A DNA stretch of 64,000 bases, taken from contig JALGVJ010000038.1 in the NCBI GenBank assembly GCA_029838195.1, positions 1-64,000 of the forward strand. Reading direction: 5' to 3'. The position numbers and the translations under genes were made by a program. This document shows, in pieces, positions 41,406 through 52,791 of the stretch (position 1 is its first letter; each line of letters opens with the position of its first letter). The stretch is from Promethearchaeota archaeon (lineage in GTDB: Archaea; Asgardarchaeota; Lokiarchaeia; Sigyniarchaeales; SOKP01). Under the pieces are notes generated by a model. That model saw only the letters and a list, made by a program, of their open reading frames with translations. It searched no databases and was not told the origin of the DNA.

Positions 41406-43430
41406 ATGGCAATATCTGAAAATGAGAAAAAAATCGTTATATCAGGAAAAGAAAAGCCAAGAATTGGAGTTTACATTTGCCATTGTGGAATGAATATAGC
41501 CGGTGTTGTAGATCCTAAAAAATTAGCAGAATATGCTAAAAGTTTACCAGGTGTTGTTCTCGCAAAAGATTATAAATTCATGTGTTCTGATAACGGGCAG
41601 CAATTGATTAAGGAAGATATTGAAGCAGGTCTAATTAATAGAGTTGTGGTTGCGGCTTGTTCTCCAAGAATGCACGAACCTACTTTTCGATTAGTGTGCA
41701 AGGAAGCGGGTTTAAATCAATTTTTATTTGAGCAGGCAAATATCAGAGAACACGCAACATGGGTAAACATGTATGAGCCGGAAGGTGCTGAAAAAATCTC
41801 TAAGGATCACATTCGCATGGCCGTGGCAAAAGTAAGAGAATTAAAGCCCTTAGACGTACAAAAAGTGAGAGTAGAACCGGCTTGCTTAATTATTGGAGCA
41901 GGCATTGCTGGAATGAATTCTGCTCTTGATTTAGCGAAAGAAGGTTATAAGGTATATTTAGTTGAAAGTTCTCCCACTATTGGAGGACACATGGCCCAAT
42001 TAGATAAAACTTTTCCAACCATGGACTGTAGTGCTTGTATTTTAACCCCAAGAATGGTAGATGTAGGACGTGAAAAAAATATAGAATTATTAACATATTC
42101 AGAAGTCGTAGATGTCGAAGGATATGTTGGTAATTTTGAAGTTACAATAATGAAAAAGCCCCATTACGTAGATCAGGAAAAATGTACAGGATGCGGAGCT
42201 TGCGTGGAGACATGTCCGGTTACATGTGGAAATGAATTTGATCTTGGAATGGCTACCAGAAAAGCCATTTATATTCCATTTCCTCAAGCAGTTCCGGGTC
42301 AATATACTATTGACATGGAAAAATGTATTAAATGCGGAATATGTGCTCGGCCCGAAGTATGTGAACCCGGAGCCATTAAATATGACGATAAGCCGGAATA
42401 TATTAAAGTGAAAGTGGGAACAATAATCGTAGCAACAGGTTGGGATTTATATGATCCCATTGAGCTTAAACAATATGGATATGGGCGATTACCAAACGTG
42501 ATCACGGGTCTACAAATGGAACGTTTATTAAGTTCTTTTGGACCTGTATTAGGAAAACCGGTGCGTCCTTCGGATTTAAAAGCACCTCATAGTATTGCTT
42601 TTCTTCAATGTGTTGGAAGTAGATATTTTAGAGAAGGCGGAAACAAGTATTGTTCAAGAGTATGTTGCATGTATGCCACGAAACAAGCCCGGCAATACAA
42701 AGAAAAGCATCCTGAAGCAGATGTATACATTTTTTACATGGATATTAGAGCTTTTGGAAAAGGATATGAGGAGTTTTATGAATCTGCTTCAGAAAATTTT
42801 GGTATAAACTATATTCGAGGGAGAATTGCTGAAGTATATGAAAATAATGATCATGATATAATCATTCGCGCCGAAGATACTCTTCTTCAAACTCTCATTG
42901 AATTAAAAGTAGACATGTTAGTACTATCTTGCGGATTAGTACCTCGAGCTAATTCTGATGAAATTGCATCTTTATTGAGCATTCAGAAATCGGGAGATGG
43001 ATTTTTCATGGAAGCACATCCGAAATTAAAACCCGTAGATACTCTAACAGATGGCATTTTCGTGGCCGGAGTAGCCCAAGGACCGAAAGATATTCCGGAT
43101 ACTGTTGCGCAAGCTAAAGGGGCGGCATCCAGTGCAGCTGCATTAATGTCTCAAGGAGAGGTAGAAATTGAACCTTATTATGCAATAGTCATTGATCATT
43201 TATGTTCGGGATGCAAAACTTGTCAATCTTTATGTCCTTTTGGAGCAATAGATTTTGATGAATTTAAGAAAGTAGCTATTGTAAATCCCGCCTTATGCAA
43301 GGGCTGTGGCACTTGCGTGGCAGCTTGTCCCTCGGGAGCTATGATTCAGAACCATTTTGCCACGTATCAATTGAATGCCATGATAAATGTGGCATTAAAG
43401 CGTCCTACCGTGGAAAATGGTGGGAAATAA
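41406..43430 (+). CDS. hdrA: Heterodisulfide reductase subunit A
   Basis: GVYICHCG, AACSPRMHE, GAGIAG, LDKTFPTMDCSACI, CSRVCC and ferredoxin motifs. Confidence 0.96.
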   Translation: MAISENEKKIVISGKEKPRIGVYICHCGMNIAGVVDPKKLAEYAKSLPGVVLAKDYKFMCSDNGQQLIKEDIEAGLINRVVVAACSPRMHEPTFRLVCKEAGLNQFLFEQANIREHATWVNMYEPEGAEKISKDHIRMAVAKVRELKPLDVQKVRVEPACLIIGAGIAGMNSALDLAKEGYKVYLVESSPTIGGHMAQLDKTFPTMDCSACILTPRMVDVGREKNIELLTYSEVVDVEGYVGNFEVTIMKKPHYVDQEKCTGCGACVETCPVTCGNEFDLGMATRKAIYIPFPQAVPGQYTIDMEKCIKCGICARPEVCEPGAIKYDDKPEYIKVKVGTIIVATGWDLYDPIELKQYGYGRLPNVITGLQMERLLSSFGPVLGKPVRPSDLKAPHSIAFLQCVGSRYFREGGNKYCSRVCCMYATKQARQYKEKHPEADVYIFYMDIRAFGKGYEEFYESASENFGINYIRGRIAEVYENNDHDIIIRAEDTLLQTLIELKVDMLVLSCGLVPRANSDEIASLLSIQKSGDGFFMEAHPKLKPVDTLTDGIFVAGVAQGPKDIPDTVAQAKGAASSAAALMSQGEVEIEPYYAIVIDHLCSGCKTCQSLCPFGAIDFDEFKKVAIVNPALCKGCGTCVAACPSGAMIQNHFATYQLNAMINVALKRPTVENGGK

Positions 43431-43956
43431 AAAATTACCGTTTTATTTTATTTATTTTCTTTTAGATTATATTAATTTTTTAGTGATATCTCGTTTTTTC
43501 TCGATATAAATAAAAGCACGGCCCATTAAGATCTTAACAAATTTTAGTTTTGAAGTAAATCACTTATGAGGGGATATCTCTATAAATTATAATCGGATGA
43601 GATAAGCATGAGAGGTCATGGAATAAACATGGAAAATAAAAGTGGTATCTCTTTTTTTCTCACGAATATGAAATTCCAAGGCTTCGAATGATGATTCAAA
43701 ATCGAAATTTTATTAACTCTTATATTTTAAAAAAACGATAGGTGCTAACCAAATTCGATATAATCGATCATTTTTTCAAATTTCTTTTAAAATTCCTCCA
43801 AGATCTCGATTTTTTTTAATTAAATTTGAAATGGTTTTAGTTCTAACAAGGATTAAAGAGAAATTGTGCGTGACCTTGAATTTTTGCAATTATTCATAAA
43901 TTTTAAGAAATTTTTTTGATTCTCATTCATAATTTAGCAAATAGTTTAGAAAAAAA

Positions 43957-45312
43957 ATGTATAAATATAAAGTTTCAATTTTAGGAACCGGTTTTATAGG
44001 ATTATGCAGTGCTGCTTGTTTTGCGCAAAAAGACATCAAGGTTCTAGCATCTACTCATGATGAGACTAAAGCAAATTTAATTAATGAAGGTAAAGCGCCG
44101 TTTTTTGAAGAAAATCTACAAGAAATGATGGATGATATCAAAAAAGAAAAGCCCGACCTACTGCAATGCCTTTTGAATCCCATTCAAGCCGTTGTTGAAA
44201 CCGATATTTCCATGATAACGCAAGGAACCCCGATGAGAAAAGATAAAAGCATAAATTTGAGATATATAGAAAATACTGCTAAAGAAATTGGAGAAGCATT
44301 AAAAAAGAAAAAAGATTATCATCTAATCGTAGTTCGATCTACCGTGGTTCCCGGCACTACTAGAACGTTGGTGGGTAAAACCATAACGGAGGTCTCGGGT
44401 AAGCACCCCGGTGAAGATTTTGGGTTATGCATGCAACCCGAATTTTTAGCTGAAGGGCGTTCCATTCAAGATACGTTATATCCAGATAGAATCATCATTG
44501 GGGAATTTGACAAGCGAAGCGGGGACATGTTACAAGAATTTTATGAATATTTTTATGGTGACCATTTAAAAAACTGCCCCATCTTAAGAATGAATTTAGA
44601 AAGTGCCGAGTTGGTAAAATACGGAAATAATTGTCTTTTATCCACGAAAATTAGTTTTGCTAACGAATTTGCCAATTTCGCTGAATTAGTTCCTAATGTC
44701 GATGTAGTTCAAGTCATGAAAGGAGTGGGATTGGATTATAGAATTAATCCACGTTTTTTAGGGGCGGGTGTAGGATTCGGAGGCTCTTGTTTTCACAAAG
44801 ACGTGAATGCCATTAAAGCCTGGGCAAAATCAAAGGGATATCACTCCAGACTCCTAGAAGCCGTGTTAGAAATTAATGATGATCAAGCCATCCACGTGGT
44901 CGATATCGCAGAACAGTTAGTAGGCTCCCTAAAAGAGAAAAAAATCACGTTATTAGGATTATCTTTTAAACCCGGCACGGATGACATGCGAGAAGCCGCC
45001 AGCATCCGAGTAATCAATGAATTAATAAAACGAGGAGCGACCAACATTATTGGATATGATCCCAAGGCCTTAGAAACCGCAAGAAAAGAATTAGGAGATA
45101 AAATTGATTATGCTAAAAACGTGGAAGAGGCACTACAGAATTCGGAATGCGCTTTCCTCATTACCGAATGGGAGGAATTCAAGCGCCTCACGCCTGAAGA
45201 TTTTTTAAAACACATGAAATCACCAAATCTAATCGACGGTAGGAGAATTTATGATTATGATTTATTTAATTCAAAATTAAACTTCAGGGCTATCGGAAGA
45301 ATTAATCCCTGA
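43957..45312 (+). CDS. UDP-glucose/GDP-mannose dehydrogenase family
   Basis: GTGFIG, RSTVVPGT, PEFLAEG, GFGGSCFHKD, SFKPGTDDMRE. Confidence 0.93.
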   Translation: MYKYKVSILGTGFIGLCSAACFAQKDIKVLASTHDETKANLINEGKAPFFEENLQEMMDDIKKEKPDLLQCLLNPIQAVVETDISMITQGTPMRKDKSINLRYIENTAKEIGEALKKKKDYHLIVVRSTVVPGTTRTLVGKTITEVSGKHPGEDFGLCMQPEFLAEGRSIQDTLYPDRIIIGEFDKRSGDMLQEFYEYFYGDHLKNCPILRMNLESAELVKYGNNCLLSTKISFANEFANFAELVPNVDVVQVMKGVGLDYRINPRFLGAGVGFGGSCFHKDVNAIKAWAKSKGYHSRLLEAVLEINDDQAIHVVDIAEQLVGSLKEKKITLLGLSFKPGTDDMREAASIRVINELIKRGATNIIGYDPKALETARKELGDKIDYAKNVEEALQNSECAFLITEWEEFKRLTPEDFLKHMKSPNLIDGRRIYDYDLFNSKLNFRAIGRINP

Positions 45313-45437
45313 AAAATAATACGCATTTTTTTTTTTCTCTTAACCACATGATTTTATAATATAAAAACATCAATGTTTTAGGTAAAAATGTAGTTACATA
45401 CGTTTAATGTTAAAAAACCAAAAATATTTAACAACAT

Positions 45438-46060
45438 TTATTTTTCTTTCAAAATTTCTCTCAATTTTTCCAACCGTTGAGTTCGACTCAAACTATTTTT
45501 CACGGGATTGAATTTTCCGTATAATTTTTCATGATAAAACGCTTCCCTTGCTTGATAAAAAATTCCTATCACGTATCGGTGAGCCTTGTTGGCAGTAATG
45601 AGTGCTTCTTCTTTAGATTTTGGAATAGTTTTTTGAAATGCCACTTTTTCCCGATATTCTTCCCAAGAATGATATGGAACGGCAGATTGCAATATTTCAA
45701 GGAATGAAAAGCCCTCATATTTAATGGCTTCAATTAAAATGCTAATTAAATGAGTCAGTTCTCCTGAAAACGCTCTCGCAACAAACGTCGCTCCTGCTTC
45801 AATCAACAAGGAAACAGCATTAAATGGTTTTTCAATGCTTCCCTCAGGAGTAGAGGGGCCTTTCCAGCCCGTTTCTGAAAGAGGTGAAAATTGTCCCGTG
45901 GTAAGAGCATTCACGCTATTATCGTGTAAAATAAGCGTCATATCCTGGTTTCTTTTTGCAGCAAATAGAGCATGCGCTAAACCTTCCCCTAAACCATTCC
46001 CGTCTCCCGAAAAAGTAATAACTTTTAATTCGGGATTAGCTATTTTCACGCCCTGGACGA
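45438..46060 (-). pseudogene. 5'-truncated 2-oxoacid:ferredoxin oxidoreductase beta subunit
   Basis: QGVKIANP, GDGNG TPP-binding motif, LTTGQFSP and FVARAF are present. The N-terminal WCPGCG region is absent and there is no adjacent alpha subunit. Confidence 0.75.
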
Positions 46061-46390
46061 ACCCCGCTTTTTTTATTCTTCACCCGCTTTTCCCCCTACT
46101 AAAAAAGTAAATGTCTCTTTCATGGAATCTACCGCCGAAATTTTTCTTTAGATATCAAAAAATTAAGGTGGATTATTAAAAATTTCAATTTCATGTGATA
46201 TTTAGAATTTTACCTCCTTTTAAAAATAATGATTATAAAGACTAGGGCTTACCAGTATTAATAAAGCACTTTTTTACTTCTTGAAATGATTAAGATCTTT
46301 AACCAAGAACCCAATTCAATTAAAAAGAGAGACAAGGATTTAACATTAAATTTTCTAATTAAATCAAATCTAGAGGGTCTTACAAATCAT

Positions 46391-48055
46391 TCATTTTTTT
46401 AAATAAAACAGATTTCTCTCTCGCTTGGCATGATTTTCTAAAGCTTGTAATCCCTTGTAAGTATTCTTACAAAATTTAATGATCTCTTCCCAATCATATT
46501 TTTTCCACGCTTTTCCACTCACGAGGAAGTGAAAACAGTACTTGATGAATCTTTCTCTTAACAATGGAAACTCTTCTTTAGAGGGAATCCCTCTTCGGAA
46601 ATTCATCGCTTCTAACATTATATCGAGGAAATCCGTATCGATTTTTCCTTCCCTCACTAATTTTTTAATTTGATTAGAAATCCACGAAATCGAGGTAAAC
46701 TGAAAGGTATCATCATGAAAAACGCACGTCAAGAATGCAAATTTAAAAATAGCTTTAGTAAATCGCTTCTTGGAAGCTTGCTCGTTTTTTTCCTTAAGAC
46801 TTTCATTTAAATGATAAAGCGCATGTCTTAATAAATCTTCATGGTCGTGGAAAATCGCGTTCATATTGGGAAGCTCTTTCGCAATATTTTGTCCGTAGAA
46901 TTTTACATTATTATAGGGGACGGTTAGATCCAAGAGAGCCCATTTATAGTTAGCCCATGATTCTTTCTTGAATTTCTCCTCATCTTTCAGTCCTTCTAAG
47001 GAATTGAAAAAGAGGTTGATGGTAAGATCCCCAATATTATAATCCTTTTTTCTAACATCCGTCCAATCATGGGTTTTAGGAATCGCTTCAAGATTTTTTA
47101 CAACGCAGATCATGTCAATATCAGTTTTAATCCAATCCTCCGGGAGATATTTATCAAAGAAGCTTCCAATCCCGTGAATGCTAATAATATTATCGGAATA
47201 TTCCTCCACGAGTTTTTTAACGAGGGAGAGAATGATCTTGCACGCATGACCATTCTCACGCATCTCACAGCCTTTCATAAGATCTGAAAGCGATATGGTT
47301 CGCTTTTCTTTCCAATATTCGAGCGCCCATTCCAAATGCTCTCGAGCAGTTTCAGGGTGATATTTGTATAGAAAGACGTGAATGGTACCAAATTGGAGCT
47401 CCAGCTTTTCTTCCTTGAGAAGAAAATTAAAATTCGTGGTATCCAAAATTTTTCGAGGGATCGCTTTCAATTCTTTATTTTTTAATGATTGAGAGCGGGC
47501 TGCTATAATTATTCCATAAAATAAGAGATTTGTATTAAAACCCATTTCATTTAAAATGTGACAATAAATTTGGGCTTGAACTCTTTGATTCTGAAACGTT
47601 TTCATAGTATACTTGCTAAACTTGTATTCAAAAAGGAGAAGGGGTATTCCTCTTTTAAAAATGATCAAATCTGGCTTCCCAATAATGAAAACGTCTTCAA
47701 ATTTCATGAGAAAAAAGGATTCAGCAATTTTTATTTCTTCTGCTTCTAACATTTCTCTAAACATCTCCTCTTGGCTAATAGGAATAGCATCTCCGATTAA
47801 TTTCTCGTGCAAAATCGCACCTATTTCTTGTTCGGGAGTTTTTATTTTACCAAAAAGATGATTGAGTTCTAATCGTATTTCAGAATAAAATTGCTCTGCT
47901 ATATCCGAAACGGATAAAAATGGTAAACCAAATTTTAGGGATGATTTTCCTTGTTTCATGCGATTGATTAATTCCCTCCATAAATTCATCTGCCTTTTTA
48001 AGATTTCTTTCCAAGTAACATAATTTTCCTTGTTTAATTTATTAGGCGTTTTCAA
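46391..48055 (-). CDS. Cas4/Exo5-like PD-(D/E)XK nuclease fused to a Pol-beta-type nucleotidyltransferase and a helical C-terminal domain
   Basis: LSVSDIAEQFYSE, GAILH, GKPD, EYKFS and QAQIY, followed by IHGIGSFF...DIDMICV. Confidence 0.72.
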   Translation of the reverse strand: MKTPNKLNKENYVTWKEILKRQMNLWRELINRMKQGKSSLKFGLPFLSVSDIAEQFYSEIRLELNHLFGKIKTPEQEIGAILHEKLIGDAIPISQEEMFREMLEAEEIKIAESFFLMKFEDVFIIGKPDLIIFKRGIPLLLFEYKFSKYTMKTFQNQRVQAQIYCHILNEMGFNTNLLFYGIIIAARSQSLKNKELKAIPRKILDTTNFNFLLKEEKLELQFGTIHVFLYKYHPETAREHLEWALEYWKEKRTISLSDLMKGCEMRENGHACKIILSLVKKLVEEYSDNIISIHGIGSFFDKYLPEDWIKTDIDMICVVKNLEAIPKTHDWTDVRKKDYNIGDLTINLFFNSLEGLKDEEKFKKESWANYKWALLDLTVPYNNVKFYGQNIAKELPNMNAIFHDHEDLLRHALYHLNESLKEKNEQASKKRFTKAIFKFAFLTCVFHDDTFQFTSISWISNQIKKLVREGKIDTDFLDIMLEAMNFRRGIPSKEEFPLLRERFIKYCFHFLVSGKAWKKYDWEEIIKFCKNTYKGLQALENHAKRERNLFYLKK

Positions 48056-48230
48056 ATCGGTTTTTTCTCCTTTTTATCATGTAAAATTTAAGAACCTTTT
48101 TATTTTGGGGTCCTCTACATCAATAATTTTATTTATTAAACACTTTTAGGGTATCTTTTATAATTTTATCATCATGGCTATTTAAATTCATGTCTAAATA
48201 ATAGATCATTTGGTTAACTTTAAATATTAA

Positions 48231-49337
48231 GTGATATTTATAAAAAATCAAAAAATACGAGGGAAAGAAATGGGATCCACAGGGTCTGAAAAGGAAGAAA
48301 AAATTAAATCCGTAGAAAAAGAAATCCTCTCGACGGAAAATAAATTAAGGGAATTAAAGAATCAATATAAATCTTTAACAGGGCACGTACCTTTAAGAAA
48401 ATTATCGGATCATGATTGGAAATGGACAATTTTTATGGTATTGGGTTTTGAATTCATTTCTTGCATGGTGTATTTATTAGGAATTAGAAAAGCGGGTAGA
48501 GACTTAAATACCGGTATTCCATCCATTTTTTTTAGTACGGATTTTGCCTATTTCGCTATATTATCTTTTTATATCCTTTTCATGGTATTGGTAATCCAAC
48601 CGGAGAAATTAGGAAGCATTCAAACGATTTCTTTATTTCTCGGATTTTGGTGCTTCCATTGGCTAATTTATGATTGGAGCTGGTGGGCAATTCAAGCGGG
48701 ATTTGGAAACATCGGAGATCCCTCTCAATTTTGGGTTACTCCCTTTGGTTTTGATGCCTTGATTCCTGACCCACCCATGTGGCTTTTTTTAACGGAGGCT
48801 TTACTTGGAAGTATCATGGGATTATATACCTTTACCGTGGCTGATTCTTACAAAAAAGTAATTCCTCCGGCTATTTGGTTGTTTGCGATTTATGGAAACG
48901 CCATGATTGGAGCCCAAATAGGTTTAAGTAGGGGCATGATAATATTCACGGGAATAGCTTTAGTTGTTATTGCATTTGCCCTCGCAGGATTTTTCACCTT
49001 CCAAAAAATTAAAAGAAATGATTACCCTTCTTGGTTAAAAAATTTTAATACGCTGAAAAACAAGTTAAAAAGAGAAAATTGGTCCTTAGATCCTCTTAGT
49101 CCTCCCTGTATTCTTATCATTTTAATCATGTTATTTCTCATGCATCTCTTTTTAGTCCTCATCCCCGTAGTGGGGTTGTTTTTGGGAATGATTGCCTGGT
49201 ATTTCCTTCCCTTTTTCATCATCTTATATCATGCTTCTAATGCGCCTAAATATGCTAAGAACAAACGATTAGGGATTATTATATTTTTAATCGCCTTTAT
49301 TGTTATTCTATGGTTGTTTTTTATATTAATTTCTTAA
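48231..49337 (+). CDS. Membrane protein with N-terminal coiled coil
   Basis: Charged heptad N-terminus and multiple TM segments. Confidence 0.7.
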   Translation: MIFIKNQKIRGKEMGSTGSEKEEKIKSVEKEILSTENKLRELKNQYKSLTGHVPLRKLSDHDWKWTIFMVLGFEFISCMVYLLGIRKAGRDLNTGIPSIFFSTDFAYFAILSFYILFMVLVIQPEKLGSIQTISLFLGFWCFHWLIYDWSWWAIQAGFGNIGDPSQFWVTPFGFDALIPDPPMWLFLTEALLGSIMGLYTFTVADSYKKVIPPAIWLFAIYGNAMIGAQIGLSRGMIIFTGIALVVIAFALAGFFTFQKIKRNDYPSWLKNFNTLKNKLKRENWSLDPLSPPCILIILIMLFLMHLFLVLIPVVGLFLGMIAWYFLPFFIILYHASNAPKYAKNKRLGIIIFLIAFIVILWLFFILIS

Positions 49338-49597
49338 TTCTTTTTCAATTTTTTAAATGAAAATTCCAGACAGAATCAAATTAATAAGGCAGAAAATCGT
49401 GGTACTAATTAAAACGATGATGAAACCTTCTTCATGACTCGCTAAAACACCTACTAAATAAAATATAATTGAGAAAAAAATTAATATCAAAACTACAAAG
49501 AATAAAAAGGAATAGGAGGGAATTAATGATCTTTTTTTTTCTCAAAAATGCGGTATCATCATGTTAATTTTAAAATGGGGTTTGATATCGGTCATTA

Positions 49598-49981
49598 TTA
49601 CTTCAAATTCACGGCTTTTTTGATATTACTAATTAAATTTTCAATTGTAAAGGGCTTGTCTTTAAAACAAATTATACCCAAGGCAAAAGCTTCTTTTTTA
49701 ATGGAAGAATCCGCTGAGGTAAAGATAATTTTCGCACTACTATCAAGGGCTAAAATTTCCCTCGTAGCTTCTAAACCGGTTTTTATCGGCATGCGATGAT
49801 CCATTAAGATTACATCCGGTTTTTCAGGATGTTTTTGAAAAAGCTCCAGCGCTTCCATTCCATTACTCGCAATACCAAAAATAGTAAAGCCGTTTAACAA
49901 TAACACTTGCTTGTAAAGAAACTGGAGGGACGCATCGTCCTCAACAATTAAGATAGAAACCATTAAGCCCTCTAAAATCAT
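49598..49981 (-). CDS. Single-domain response regulator (receiver)
   Basis: IVEDD, ILMDHRMP, TSA, KPF. Confidence 0.9.
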   Translation of the reverse strand: MILEGLMVSILIVEDDASLQFLYKQVLLLNGFTIFGIASNGMEALELFQKHPEKPDVILMDHRMPIKTGLEATREILALDSSAKIIFTSADSSIKKEAFALGIICFKDKPFTIENLISNIKKAVNLK

Positions 49982-49999
49982 ATTTTAATGTGATTTTAT

Positions 50000-50275
50000 T
50001 AATTTTTTAGTAGTGGTAATTGTATATAAAATTTTCACCCTTTCGAAGGTTCACCTTTAATTCTATCTTCCACCCAAATTTTTCCTTTATAACCATCGAT
50101 GATCATCTTTACTAACAATAATCCAATTCCCATGCCGTGAATTGTACCCTTATCTGTTGTTCCTCTGAGAAAAATGCTTTCTTTTCTCTCATCTTCAATT
50201 CCTTTTCCATTATCCACAAATTCAATTAAAATGCAATCCTCATCGGTTTTTTCTCTTGTAATATTTATTATGAGT
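50000..50275 (-). pseudogene. Histidine-kinase HATPase 3' remnant
   Basis: IEFVDNGKGI...GMGIGL...GKIWVE, with the N-terminus missing and a premature stop; paralogous to the C-terminus of 52792-54267. Confidence 0.8.
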
Positions 50276-50537
50276 TTTAGGTAAGACCATCTTATATTAA
50301 ATTCAAATCATCTATAAATTTGAATGATAATGACCGATAGTAAAGAATGGAGTCCTTATTTCCTTGTTCTTTCCATCTTTTCAATAGTGAAAGAACTCCA
50401 TCAAACGTATAATTAGTAAACTTAATCTGCCTTGGGGATATGCCTTCTTTTTTTTCTCTTAAAATTTTTAATAAAATAACCATGTTCTTAACCTTATCCA
50501 ATCGCATAAATAAAAAATAATTTAGAGGTATTTAAAT

Positions 50538-50612
50538 GAAAAATCTCAACTTGAAAAATCTCAACTCGAAAAATTCCAACTTGAAAAACTTCAAATAGAA
50601 AAAAATCAACTT
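50538..50612. repeat. Imperfect tandem repeat, 5 x 15 bp (GAAAAATCTCAACTT consensus)
   Basis: Units at 50538, 50553, 50568, 50583 and 50598. Confidence 0.8.
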
Positions 50613-51095
50613 AAATTTTAAAGTGAAATCCTTTCAAAAAAATAAAAATAAAAATTAATAATAATGTAAAAAGGCTTTAAAAACCTTAAAAGAATGAAGA
50701 ATTTTTAATCTGGGAAAGAAAAAATCCATTGATAAAATGATTTCATCATTATTCTTAATTTAATGCCTTTATTTTCTTTAAAATCAGGTTTATTAAAGCT
50801 AAATCTTAATTTTAAATTTATTTTTAATATTTACGATTAAGCGAGAGATGTTTTAAAATTTACTAACTATAAATTAAAGATGTAGAAAAGAATCCAATTT
50901 TTGTCAAATTCAAGTTTTTAACAAGGAAAAACATGTTAAATAGTAGAGTTCTTTTAATCAAGTTATATTTTAATTAATTTCACATGGTCTGATAACCTAA
51001 AAAAATAAGTTTAGAAAAAATATTAAAAATAGTGAATATCTCTTGGAGATTCTTTTTAATTTTTTTGGCCTTGAAATGAATTTGATACAAAATCA

Positions 51096-52391
51096 TCATT
51101 TCCCGATATCATTTATAAGAGGGAGCAAAATGCTAATGTCCATTCCTTTTAATTCGTTGTTTTCGATTCTATTTTCAATTAAAATTTGACCATTGAACAA
51201 TTCAAGAATTTTTTTAACGATAAAAAATCTTATTTCTCTACTGGAAAGGTGAGTAATATCTTGGTCATTATTATTATTATTACCAAGATTTAATTTCAAT
51301 AAATCTTCATTGATGCCTTTTCCATTATTGATAAATTCAATTTTTACATTATTTTGGCGATTTTTTTCTAGAATAGTAATTTTGATAAATATCTTAACAA
51401 TTTCATTATTATTATCCACAATAGCATCAATTAGCAAATTCTCAAAAACTTGGTCAATGAAATGATTAGCTCGAATATTATAAAATTCAAAATCATTATC
51501 GATCGAAATCTCTAAATTAATATAATTACATGCCTTCTTAATTTGCTTAATAACCATCCTTAAATTTTCTAAGACATTTATCCTATAGAAAAATTCGTTT
51601 TCTAATTCTAATGAACTAATTATATTTAAATTCGAAATAAGATTAAAACCTTTTAAAGCTTGCTTTTCATGAATAACTTTAGCCTTTCCTATAATTTGAT
51701 CAAGTTTTTTCTCATATTTGCTAATGGAGTCCATAGTTTGAATTCCTGTAAGAAAATTTTGAAATATATTTTTCATGTCATGACCTAATACATTTTGAGA
51801 GAATTGTATCATTTTATTTTTTTTTTGAATAACTTTTAGTGATGATTCTAATGTTTTGGTTGAATACCATATTAAAAATGCAATTATAAAATAAGCAATT
51901 AGTGGTATAAAATCAAGAGTGTATTGAAGAAGAAGAAGAGCATAAATTATATTTAGAATAATAACAAGTCCACATGTAAAAAAACTAGATTTTGGTTTTA
52001 ATATAAAACTTGAAATAATAATAGGTATGGAATAAAGCAATAATCCCCGCCCTTTAATAAGATTTTCTAAAGTATCAATAATTGAGATAATTAAAATAAC
52101 TATAAAAATGAAACAATAAGCGACAATTTTTGTTTTTTGAGCAACATTATTTATTAAGAAAAGAATAAAACTTGAAATAAAAAACGATATAATTCCAATT
52201 ACCACAAAAAATGTGTATTCTTCAAAAGTAGTATTAAATATCAATAATAAGATATTTTTTAATTCAAAAATAAGAAGTAAAATGCCAAATACCATTAATG
52301 AGAGCAAGAAAAGATTTAGAGTTTTTCTTTTTCTTACTGATTCAGAATCTCTTAGATTTATTTTAAAATACGATGCTATTTTTTTCATCAA
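51096..52391 (-). CDS. Membrane sensor histidine kinase-like protein with degenerate ATP-binding boxes
   Basis: About 6 TM; H-box GHDMKN; G1 reads NNGKGI; no GxGL G2 box. Confidence 0.75.
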   Translation of the reverse strand: MMKKIASYFKINLRDSESVRKRKTLNLFLLSLMVFGILLLIFELKNILLLIFNTTFEEYTFFVVIGIISFFISSFILFLINNVAQKTKIVAYCFIFIVILIISIIDTLENLIKGRGLLLYSIPIIISSFILKPKSSFFTCGLVIILNIIYALLLLQYTLDFIPLIAYFIIAFLIWYSTKTLESSLKVIQKKNKMIQFSQNVLGHDMKNIFQNFLTGIQTMDSISKYEKKLDQIIGKAKVIHEKQALKGFNLISNLNIISSLELENEFFYRINVLENLRMVIKQIKKACNYINLEISIDNDFEFYNIRANHFIDQVFENLLIDAIVDNNNEIVKIFIKITILEKNRQNNVKIEFINNGKGINEDLLKLNLGNNNNNDQDITHLSSREIRFFIVKKILELFNGQILIENRIENNELKGMDISILLPLINDIGK

Positions 52392-52393
52392 AA

Positions 52394-52759
52394 TTACTTA
52401 TTACTTATTACTTTTTTGATATTTTTTATTAAATGTTCAATTGTAAAGGGTTTATCCATAAAACTACAAGCTCCAAGTTCAAGAGTATCCTCATAAATTG
52501 TTTTATCAGCAGTTGTAAAAATTATTTTAGCTTTTTTATCGATCGATAATATTTCCCTAGAAGCTTCTAATCCGTTTTTTACTGGCATTCGATGGTCCAT
52601 TAAAATCACGTCTGGTTTCTTATTACTTCTCTTGAATATTTCCACTGCCTCTTCTCCATTATTAGCAATGCCAAAAATTTCAAATCCATTAATTTCCAAT
52701 ACTTGCTTATAAAAAACTTGAAGACCCTCATCATCTTCAACTATAAAAACCGAAACCAT
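52394..52759 (-). CDS. Single-domain response regulator (receiver)
   Basis: IVEDD, ILMDHRMP, KPF. Confidence 0.92.
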   Translation of the reverse strand: MVSVFIVEDDEGLQVFYKQVLEINGFEIFGIANNGEEAVEIFKRSNKKPDVILMDHRMPVKNGLEASREILSIDKKAKIIFTTADKTIYEDTLELGACSFMDKPFTIEHLIKNIKKVISNK

Positions 52760-52791
52760 AAATTGTCCTATCAGACTTTTTTAATATCTCT

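Noticed and set aside
50588-50600. CTTCAAATAGAA match to the array repeat
   Set aside because: A 12-nt AT-rich match inside an unrelated tandem repeat; likely chance.
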